From Auanema rhodensis (taxonomy: Eukaryota; Animalia; Nematoda), in NCBI GenBank assembly GCA_964057225.1, contig OZ059897.1:14198001-14262000 (forward strand): DNA of 64,000 nucleotides. The letters run 5' to 3'. Shown one piece after another: positions 42,365-53,591 of the stretch. A program made the position numbers and the translations under genes. Positions within the stretch are counted from its first letter, which is position 1. Each line of letters starts with the position of its first letter. The notes under the pieces are model-generated. The model worked only from the letters and a program-made list of their open reading frames with translations, was not told the origin of the DNA and ran no database searches.

Positions 42365-45300
42365 ATGAATTATAGTTTGGTAAACGCACTTGCATGTCTT
42401 CTGGTTGTATCAACTATATCAGCAGCTCCTCCGATATGTCGATCGTGCTCGAAGAACTGCTTTCTCAAGACCTCTGGTAGTAATAGTACAGAATTCATAG
42501 GCAATGGGTAAATTTTTTTGTTTAACTTCTAGAACTTTCTATTCTTCTATCTTTCCTATTTTTTTTCATTTTTTGGTCTCATATCTTCCTGTCCATCATC
42601 TTACTGACAGTCCAACTGAAATTTTACCCTTGCTAAATAGCAACTTGACCATTTTTCCGAACCGTTAGTCATCGTGTATAATACCGGATTGTTCAACATT
42701 TAAGCTTGTTGTAATTTTTCCAGCTGGTATTCTCTAGCAGCATGTTGACTAGATGCTTGCTGAATTGGGTGATCTTAGATGAATCAATAACGTTATTCCT
42801 TTGCCAAATGATAAAACCAAATTAACCCAATCACGATTCTGACTTAGTATGAGGTGAAAAGCTGTATGATGGATTCTTTTAAATTATACTGTGGCTATGG
42901 CCAATATATATTAGAAAACTATGGCGATACGGATTGGTCGTTCCCCGAAATGCTTCTTCCTTATCAAATTTAAAAAAATGTTTACATTCCCGGCAACTGA
43001 TGTTAAAAACATGATGTAATTGTTGAATTACAGTCCGAGAGTACTGGATAGCATCATTACAATCGGTATATACAAGAAGGAGATTACACTATTTAAGCTT
43101 ATAATGAGTTTGTAGTTTCCAAATAACTATACCACATTTTTCATCAATCAAACTTTAAGTAGTTAGCTCTTTTTCATAATTATATTTCATTATTTTTGGG
43201 ATATAAGTCTTCATATGTACCTCAGGCTAATCTTACATTTCAAACAGGAAACTATGACGTACTCTATGTTTAGGTAATATCCAGACACATTCATTGAGTA
43301 TGTTCAAATCGTTTGCGTTCGGCTTGCTTTATAAGAAAAGGAAGCAGTTTCATTGTGAAATTCGAGCGTGATGTAAAATGGCTTCAATCAAGTCCAAATA
43401 ATCGCTAATAGGCATTACCTGACAACCAATATCAAAAATCTTGCAAGGCGCATTTAGAAAAAAAAATTCTCGATACTAGTTTTCAAAATCATATAGCTTC
43501 CGGAGTAATCTTTCGAAACGCGAACTTCTATTTTTTGTCGGTTTCTCCGAAATTATGCTGAATTTCAAATAAATAAGTAAATATATCTTTATATTGTGCG
43601 ATTATATATATATTTATTTATATATTTATATATATGTTGTGTGTCTGTTCTGTAAGATTTGCCTGGAACCTTTAAAAAAAGAAGTGCATAATTGAATTAT
43701 CTGAAAATTTTATTTTTTCGTCATTCTCTTTTATTGAAAGTTATTCTTATCAGCAGCTTTATATGATAAGTTTCCATGTCTAAGGGGGGGGATTTCATGC
43801 ATTTCACAAAATTTTATTATCCAATCATTTACCATAGTTCTCAAATCATCCTTGACCTTTTTCACTTTAAACACTTAGTTTCACCGGAAAATCTGAAATT
43901 GCCCAATTTTGTTATCTTTGCATTTCGTCTACGTAATGGAAATGAGCATGATAGTATAAGGCCAAGAACATAAAATTTATTGTTTTGCCATTTCCATCAT
44001 TTGAAACTCTTTTAACCACAAAGATCGCATATATCATCTGTCTTTCAATGTTGCACGTGCTTTCATCATATGCTTTCAAAATGATAAGACGCTCTCCGAA
44101 GCAAAATGACCAGTCTACAATGACCGACGTCAACCTTGGCGTGCAATGAAATTTATCTTTCACGAGAATAGATGATATCTCAAAATAACGGCAGTCGATG
44201 TGATATATTATAGATATCAAGTGATACGAAGATAATCGGGAACGGAAATATCATGATCCTCAGTATTTTTGTTCAATATCTTTCATATCTTCTTTCTTCA
44301 AACAATCTTGTTATCTTGACTTGAGAGAGTTTGTTAAGAATTATAACTATAAGAAAAGGAATTCGAATATTGCTTCTCAATTTTAGCTTTTGAGGTCCTG
44401 GCATAGAATATTTTGATGTTAGTACATCATGCATTATGATGTGTAAAGTGCCGTATAACTAGCTCGTTTGACTCCGCTCACTGACATCTAATTCAAGATT
44501 TGTTTCAACCATACATTCGACATATCGCCAAGAAGCTAAATGACAACCAAATCAGAGAAACGAGAATTTGCAAGGAGGTCTTTCCTAATCATGATATGTT
44601 TTTATCAATGTTTTAATTATCATTATCATCATCGCAATCGTTTTCTCTTGTATCATTGGCAGCTCATTACACAGTCTTTTCGAGAATGTATAATTCAAGC
44701 CAGGTATTAGTGCAAATGACCTTCGCTTTAAGCATAGAAAGATTTCGATGACTAAACATTCTGTTAAATTACCCAAGTTTGAACATAATTAGGCATTACA
44801 CCATTTATATGATATCTTGTTTTATTCCATTTCGAATATTCTCTTCAAATGGGGAAGCAACGAACACTAAAGCCTGAGGGGGGAAATTTGAAAATAATTG
44901 AAAATGATAAAATAGAAATTTCCGAATTTTTTTCAAATTGCATTTTTCAGAACTAGCACAGAAGATCTATTAGCAGAACTAGAATCGAATAGAATAAAAC
45001 GATCTATAGACGAAGGAGGTGTTGAATTTCGAGCATGTTCAAGATTTCAAATAGGTTAATATTCTTCATCATTATTGTAAATAATCAATGACCATAAAAT
45101 CCCAAAACATACATATGTTGTGAAAAAATCAAAGAATTTACTGAAGTCAGTTTTTGTGTTTTTACAGAAATGTTATTAATACCTCTGGCAATTGCTATGA
45201 TTCCAATTGGCCTGTCTGCCCTTATACTATGTACTTGTTGTTGTGGACCCAAGGATTCTCGAGGTATTGATTCCATGTTAACAAAATTTAATCAAATATC

Positions 45301-45771
45301 TTTTTTCAAGGTAAACTACCCGATGATTTCCTTGCCAACTTCCCAATGTCTAAGAAAAAACGCATTAGCTCTGAAGATATTGAACTAGATTTTTGTGATG
45401 GCTATGTCCAACGCAAAGATTCAAGTCGTACAAAATTTTCAACTGTGGTCTCCTACATTGAAGCTAGACGGGAAAGCTTATGGTCCGTAAAAACTGACGG
45501 CGGAAGCAGCATCTCTGGTCTAGAGCTTGTTCAATCTGAGGCTACCGAAGATGGCGGATTAACAATGAAGATTCGAAGAGATGATGATAATGCTTCTTTG
45601 GATTCCACTAGTTCAGCAGCTCAAGAGCAACAGTCTCACAACGTTTTACAACATCCTATCAACGCCTTACAGGATCGCTTGCGCAAAGTCGCTTCAACCG
45701 ACTCAATAAAGAAAACAAGATTTAGTGATACCGTAAATGTCATAAGTGTAGAATCACTGTCTAGACGATGA
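42365..45771 (+). CDS. Type I single-pass membrane protein of unknown family
   Basis: 4 exons in frame (42365-42508, 44951-45053, 45168-45263, 45311-45771): signal peptide, CxxCxxxC, RIKR, TM LLIPLAIAMIPIGLSALIL, CTCCC, Ser-rich cytoplasmic tail ending KKTRFSDTVNVISVESLSRR*. Additional exons in the 2.4 kb intron cannot be excluded. Confidence 0.72.
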
Positions 45772-46129
45772 GAACATGAGTCGGAAATGGGTCTCGCAAC
45801 GATCTCGTAACAGTTAGGGACTACTAGCAGCACGACGGGGGAACCTGGTATCTCAGTCGCGCTACTCGTTTTTTCGCTTTAAGCGTTTGGAGAATTTCTA
45901 GGTTTATTTGAAGCAGGGTACCGTTGACCCAGTGATTCCAATATGCTTTGATATCAGTGTTTGTATATAGAATGTATTACGACAATAATTTTGAATAAAT
46001 ATAAAAAATTTACTTCGAATATTCGTGCAGCCAAACAATATGAACAAAATATAAGTTTAAAAACATACTAACCCGCATATTGAGACCACTAACTAATAAA
46101 TAAAAATGCTTTTAAAAAATAATAGAGGA

Positions 46130-48551
46130 TCATTTGCGACCACTTCGTCGTCCCTTCTTAGAATTAGATTCTCTTGTTGGAGTAGTAATACCGATTTGAC
46201 CGGATTCAACCTCCTACAACGGTATACGGTAATACGAAAATGGTGATACAATACCTCTTGTGTCACAGAAGAGTTGGCTAACTGAGATTCAATTTTCTGT
46301 TTAGCTTCGAAATGTAGCATCAAATCGCGAACCTGCTCCTCCATATCTTTGACTTGCTACAAAAAATCGAAAACTGTAATTGGTGAATAGTGGGTTACCA
46401 TTTTAAGCGTAGCTTCAGATTCTTTTTTTTCATTGCTTAATTTTTCTAAATTGTCTTTCCACTTTTGTTGATCACTCCTAAGCATATTGTTCATTGAACG
46501 TTCTTCGTTCAATTCTGCGGTGACCTTAACATAATGTTATTAATCGAATTTATGGATGTCCCCTAACTTTATTCAGCTTTGCGGCAGCCGTTTGATGTTT
46601 CTTTTCGAATGTTGATTTCAAAGATTTACACTCATCAAGTTCACTTCTGAGAGATCGGACTTCATTTGTAGATGTAGCAAGCTTGCGCTCGAGGTCTTCC
46701 ATCTAAAATCTAGATTTGTAAGAAATAAAATTTATATGGTACAATCACCTGAGCATGAGTAAGTTTTTCCATGTTACACATGGCCCTTTCGACATCATTC
46801 AAACGAGCCTGAAAAAAATGATATAGATAGAATAGGGATGTACACAATACATACTTCAAAGAACTTTCTTTGGCTTTCCAGCTGGCTAGTAAGTAGACAT
46901 GTATATTCCATTTTCATTCCTTCTATTTTGTCATCTTTGACGTCATCCTGAATGATCGTTTGACTGTTCATGGCTAATATTCACTATTCATTACCTGTGA
47001 AACACCACGTTGATATTCAACAAGTTTTCCTTCAGTATCTGTTTGTATCAGTCGATGAACATAGTTATCACCAGCATAATCCCAAACACGTTCACCACCA
47101 AATTGCAAACAGAATGTATGTGAAGTTTCTTCGAAATGTCTTAATATTATATTATATTATATATTATATACAATATAATATAATTCACCTAAAAGCATGT
47201 GCAGCAGCATACCGACCACATCCTATGTTCCCACATATTAAGCACATCCATAAATCTGTAGTTTGTGCACAATCCGAACATCTTTGATCAGCAACAAGTT
47301 CCGGTGTTTGCAAATATCGACAAACGGGACAACTAAAAAGTAAATACATTATTCAAAACGTAGCATGACCATCTAACGTTGTATCTGTCCATTGCTGGAG
47401 ACATACAGCATGGAATGTATGATTACAAAGAATTGTTAGTACTCCATCATCCATTCTTTCTAAACAAACGGAGCAGGTTGGTAATTCCGTTAGACCAGAG
47501 ATATCCAAAATATCGGTATCAACAGTCTTGAAATTTTCATTATTAACTCTCCTATATTAATATATGAAAATACGCATTCTATCCTATCAACAAAGAGAAG
47601 GCGACAATGTTCCGGCTCCATTGAATTGAATTGAATTCCATTATAATCTTCGAAGAACTGAACAGTATCGTTCTACAAAAATACGTTTGAAAAATTCAGT
47701 GATATGGGAAGCACGCACATGTGTTTTGAATTTAATTATCACCATAAACTGGTTAGGAGTAGAATCCCGAACAATTTTCAATCTTTCAATAAAATGTAGA
47801 CTTGGTCCTTAATAATACAAAATTATTGATAGAAAAAAACCAACATACCGATAAAGCAAATCAGATCTCTTACTGTTTGATGAGTAGGCACAGATACCAT
47901 ACACAGCATTCGACATTGAGCCTCTTTAGCCAACGTCTCATCACTTAACAATTTTAAATATGCAAACTTAGTCAAAATTCGTTTTTTACCTATATTTGAA
48001 GAAATGAAGAATTCCTTCAGTTTTTTCCACACATGGATTTCCATAATAATAATTGAGATGACTTACTTCTAAAAACGAGAATAATAAAATGGAAAAGTAC
48101 TCAGAATTACCCGGTGGAGCTTCAGATCCTTGTTTAGAAGTATGAGCAGATGATTCGCTGCACTGTGTTAAACGATCGCCTTCATATGTCTCAAGTACTA
48201 CTTCAGAATATGTTCTCCTCCCAGTGCACTCCGCATTAGCTATTGGAGGCTAACAAAACCAATTTCACGGTGTAAAAACAAAAGAAACTTACAAGACTTC
48301 TATCAGATTTACGATCAAGAGCTAAGGGTGCATCGGAATCAGAAGGCGCAGGTGGACTTCTTTTTTTCATTCCCGACATGAGCCTTCTTCTAGTTTTCTC
48401 GCCTCCGCTAGGCGAAAATGCTAAATCAAAAAATGATGTCCCATCATAAATCGGAAGACTCACCTGCTTCCAATTTCGATGACTCGTTGAAATCAACTGC
48501 TCCTTTTCCCTTGACTTCAAGACGAAGAACTAAGGGAACATAGAAGCTCAT
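46130..48551 (-). CDS. brap-2: BRCA1-associated protein 2 homolog (BRAP2 domain, RING-H2, ZnF-UBP, coiled coil)
   Basis: [13 protein letters not shown]; [14 protein letters not shown]; RMLCMVSVP; [16 protein letters not shown]; [39 protein letters not shown]; [28 protein letters not shown]; [15 protein letters not shown]. Confidence 0.93.
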
Positions 48552-48822
48552 AAGAGCAGAGTAACACACGTGTATGCACTGTATATATCATATTTTAGCA
48601 TTTAAAAATACTAGAACTTCTCAGATATTTCAAGTAATGTTAACATTGACTACTTATAAAAAATTCAAAATTATGTTTAAAATGTTTTCAAAATGAAACC
48701 CATAACATATACAATTCTCTGTGAGGTAAAATATGACTTGAATTAAATAAAACACGTTTGCAGAAAACAGGCACACATTAACTATTTACAAGACTAAGTC
48801 ATGAATAAATATGTATTCTACC

Positions 48823-51304
48823 CTAATTAAGTCTATGTATTGAACTTCTATGAACAGTATTACCATTGCTGTAAGTATCTGGGATATTTGCAATAGTATT
48901 CAAAGATATTTTATCTTCTTCAGCAGGCTCGAAGAAATATCCGACAGCTTCCCATAATTGATTACGATCAAGTCGAGAAAGGAAAGTAGCTCTAAGCTAG
49001 AAATAAAAAACAGATAATTTATTCAAATTGTAAATATAAACCTGTAACTCCGAATCACTGATGGCTGGTGGACTGAGATTACGAGCAATAATTGATTCAG
49101 CGGACAAAAATGTTAAAACGTCATTCAATGATTTATCCGCTTGAGTTCCCAACTAAAAATAAATTAAAGGTGAACCATACAAAACTCAATAAAAATATTG
49201 ACTTCTTGCAGAATTTTACTGAAGGAATTCTTAAGACGCGCAGGAGATAGTTCAGAGAGTCCACACTCCGTAAGAAATTCTCTTACATCGTTACCAAAGC
49301 GGAAGAGCGACAGACACACAACGTTAGCAGCAACATGGGGTGATTGACGCTATTAAAGATTTTCGGTTAAAATTGATAATAATAACAATAGTTTACCTGA
49401 ACAGGATCTCTTTTTAATATACCACGAACAACACTTCTTACTGGCTGAGGAATACGAGAGGACAAAGCAGGAAGCTCATCTTCTTTATAACTATGATTTT
49501 TCAAAGAAGAGTAAAATGGATTTCTCCTTAAGTTGAAAAAAATTTAATTTATAATAAAAAAATTGCCAACAAACCTGGTGAAAATTTCATACGCTAAACC
49601 ACCAGCAGCCCATACATCGGCCATAGAAAAATCTACGACTCTTAAAAGACAAAATAAAAAAATATAGAATTAATAAAATTCCAAAAAAATAAGTAAAAAA
49701 TTAATAAAATTGGGAACTTGTCTCAAAAGGATATGAAAGTAACATACACATCCTGTCCAGGTTTTGCAAGCACAATTTCAGGGGCGCGAGTTGCTAAGTT
49801 ACCTCCTAAGTCCACAGTATCGTCTCTTAAATTAATTTTTAGTTGATGATAGAAGGCAATTATCTAAATACTAACTTGTAATTGACTTCCCAGGAACCGG
49901 TAGCAAGAGCACAACCGAAATCAGAAATAACCAAATGAGGAACGTCGTCTACAGTAGAATACAAATTACAATGTTATTCCAAGATATTACCTGGTGAATC
50001 GAACTCCAACAAGATGTTATCACTCTTCATATCACGTTGAGCTATTTTGTTGTCGCTAAGAAAAACTAATCCTTCCAGTAATTGACCTAATAATACTCTT
50101 CCGGTCCAATAGTTTCTTCGTTCCTTCACAGCATAATCTCTCAGAGTCATTTTATACCTTAAAAATAATCACATCGTAGATATGTTTCAAACTAAACATA
50201 ATAAACCTTTTCATGACAACGAATAGAGTTCTAGGCTCCGGAACGATAATATCATAAAACTGAGCACTAGGTAAAGCATCGGGATACATATTACTAGCGT
50301 CCGGAAGAATAGGCATACGGTCAATAAATGCTGTGAGCATTCTTACAACATTTGGATGTCTTGAAGGCAATGGTGAAAAGCTAAATAAATGCTATAGCTA
50401 TGATTCTATTTTCTCTTCAAAACATACTCTCCCATTCTGCCTTTCAGAATCTGCTTACTTTTCGGTAGTGCAACTAATTCTGTGCCCATGAACTTCCAAA
50501 GATGATCATCATTAGGTGACCTACGGTCTAATTCGAAGTTGTACATAAGTTTGAGTGCGAGTGGATAATTCTTTAGTAAAAGCTTAATCAGTATTGCATA
50601 TAAACACCAACTTTGATAGATGAGTCACGACTAGCTTCAGATTCACCTTCTTTGGTGCGTAAACGTAAAGCATATACTGCAGCATTACTGCCATATCCAA
50701 TGTTTTCCCCTTAATTTTTGATGTTTATTTTTCATTTCTTTAAGTTTTGTGAAAATTAAATTACCTATTTCATATGCATCTAGATTTTCAGGTACATTAT
50801 CAACAGTTAATCCTCTGTTATAACGAGGATTTGTTGCAAAAATTGTCTAAATCCAACACTCTTTTTTTCAACAACTTGATCAGAAACAAACTCTAATATA
50901 CTGGATAACCAAATCAATTTTTCTTTCCCGTGTAGCCTGTATAGCTTGAAATCGTAGGGATTTTTCAAGATTCAACTGCCGATGATGTATTGCAACAGAA
51001 GAAAATGGACGAAAACCTCGACCATTTCTCAGAATAGCCCTTGTCTGATATTTAATAAGTATATGTTGTAGATTCTATTACATGCTTACAAATCTTAAGA
51101 AAGAATATTTACGCGGAACGAACGTTCTTCTAAATGCAGCATCCATACGCATACTCTGAGGAAATATACGCGGCAAAAGTCGAGGTATTGCATTAAGAGC
51201 TTTTATCCGAAATGTGAGCTATAAACTGACTATATAAAACTATACGATATCCTGAAATAAACCTCATAGAGCTGTTTGCTCGTTTTTACAAGCTTCGAAA
51301 GCAT
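48823..51304 (-). CDS. pink-1: PTEN-induced kinase 1 homolog (mitochondrial Ser/Thr kinase)
   Basis: Basic MTS-like N-terminus, GRGFRPFSSV; IGYGSNAAVY; YPLALKLMYNF; HPNVVRMLTAFIDRMPILPDA; RTLFVVMKRY; IAQRDMKSDNILLEFD; LVISDFGCAL; GGNLATRAPE; ADVWAAGGLAYEIF..NPFY. Confidence 0.93.
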
Positions 51305-52071
51305 GTTTCCGGTTAATACCACCTTATCTCAGCAATGAACATGTGATATGGCTTAATTACACAAAAGCTTAAAAAAACGATTAATGTAATTATAAAGCAT
51401 GATGAAAATTGTTGAAACAGGTTTGTTTTTGACTAGATAATCCCATGACCTGATAGAACAAATTTATCCGCAAAGTAACGTTAAACCAAGTATGTTCGAA
51501 TCGTTCAATTACGTACTTTTTTTTGAAAAAGCTATTATTGTGGTTATTACAGCAACATTCGAAAGTTTTTGATTATTCAGAATGGGAGAACTTTTTAGAA
51601 AGTTAAAAATAGAGATTACACATCTTAACAATTTTTATTTTTCAGAATGCCTAAAGTTTAAGTTACATATTTTTTGCTCAATTTCTTCTATCATTTCTTA
51701 GGAATAATTTGACACGACTTCTACTGAAAGTAAGAACTGATAGCGATCTAAGGAAACCAATGAAGTCATATAATGAGTGTGTTAAGAAAAAAAGGTCTGG
51801 GTGTTAGGAGATGCAGTTCATCTCTACTATATCATACCTTTCCATCTAACTTCCTGGTGCTCCATGTGCTTCTCAGTTTCAGCTTCTTTCATATCTGTTT
51901 AATATAATTGAAATTCCGAAATCTCCTATTATGATTTTAATTTTTACCCAATATTTGAATATGAATAATAACCCAAAAATATCGTTATTTTTTTTCGGGA
52001 TTTAAAAAAAAATCTTTTAGCCGGAAGGTCGATGTGACCAGTCGTCAACTATCAATTTTCCGTTATCGAAC

Positions 52072-53591
52072 ATGGGACGTTGGCTCACTTCTTTTCTCTT
52101 CTTACTGCTGCATTTAACACCGACTAATTCTGGCTGTGTTCCGTCTTCGCCTCTTTCTCGTAGTGCTATTATCCGCAATGAAAAGGTAGGCTAAGGTTTC
52201 TGTAAAGGTGGATGAGCTGTCAAAACATATATAACGTCAAAGTTATTTGGTAAAGAGAGATAGACTGCATGAGTTCAGGCGAAGATTCTTCAACGGATCC
52301 ATCTAACTCGGAGACCTGAGCCTATTGATAGTCCGGTTTTTGTCCGAATGGAAAGAGACCTAAACGATCAAAATGTTCCTGAATACGGTGTAGAGTCCAG
52401 TTCATTCAACCCGCTGTCCAACAGTTGTAAGAAAACCAATTAAAAATTCAAAGTTTGTTTAATACGAATTAATTTTTGAGCGATTTGTCGAGCAATGGAT
52501 GGAGATGAAGTTATATCAGATTGTTTCGTTTTTCATATTAAATCTAAAGGAACTATATCTAGTGCTGACTTAGTGCTTCTGTAAGCCTCTTCTGGTCTAA
52601 AACTAATGTTTCAAGATGTTTCTAATGCAGATTGAGACCTCAATATCGTAATTTCAACATATCGATATCAGTTTATGAGGTCAGGAAAGAGGAATAAACC
52701 TAAAAAATTGAGAAATAGTTTTTCTTAGGCAGCTCGTATGGATGGTCAGCTGTCACGTATTGATAGGTTTGTCGTACCTGGATCTTCTTCAATTTCTGAG
52801 GACCTAATCATCAAGACTGACATCAAAGATGTAATTCGTCAATGGTTTCGTGGAAAAATTAAAAATGAAGTGGAAAAATATCTAATGGTTGGAGTTTTAA
52901 GTTGCGGGAAAACTGGCTTTATAAAATGAACACTGTAGATATCGGCTAAGATCAATGGAATTGAGTTAAGTTATTGGGATGTATTCGCTACAACGCCATC
53001 CATTGATGTAACAGTAGGAGCATCAGAACTGTAGGTTTTAAACTAACAAAACAAACACTGGTTTTAATAATGCTTGTTAATTTTATTTTTTAATATAGAA
53101 ATATGAAGCAATGTAACCATTCCTCGAAATGTTGTGTAATGCCATTCTATTTGAACTTCACCGAACTTGGTAAAAGTTTCCTTTTGAGAAACATTTTATA
53201 CAGTGAAAATGATTGAGGCTGGAGTGATTGGATTCTGTCTCCACCAGGTTATCTGGCAAATTATTGTGTTGGTCATTGTTCTTTAAATTCGGAAACGGAT
53301 ACACAAACGGTTCTTAGGTACATTGAACACTGAATCAGTTAACATTAGCTAATATTTTCAACAATTAAGTAAACAAATGTTGTTTATATTAAGTAATAAG
53401 GTATAATATTCTGTAAAATATTTTTTAGAACTGCCAAAACGAACAATACGGCGTTCAATCTTCCAAGGCCAACATGTGCTCCGCTCTATTATGCACCATT
53501 GAAAATCATTTATACAGTTGGTGAAAATGATTTTCGTAAGTCTGTGCTCCATGGAATGACAGTATTATCATGCAGTTGTCTATCTCATTGA
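52072..53591 (+). CDS. tig-3: TGF-beta family ligand, TIG-3-like
   Basis: 9 exons: signal peptide, [13 protein letters not shown] prodomain start; mature domain [61 protein letters not shown]. The LPxPxCAPxYY and HGxxxLSCSC motifs match my recollection of C. elegans TIG-3. Confidence 0.78.

Noticed and set aside
42720-42770. TGACTAGA (miR-44/279-like seed) in a small hairpin
   Set aside because: Stem only ~15 bp with a bulge and ~46 nt long, too short for a pre-miRNA; the rest does not match family members I recall
45769-45830. Possible TGA readthrough, SECIS or frameshift after the orphan membrane-protein stop
   Set aside because: No readthrough context (TGA-G), only 12 further codons and no recognisable SECIS core
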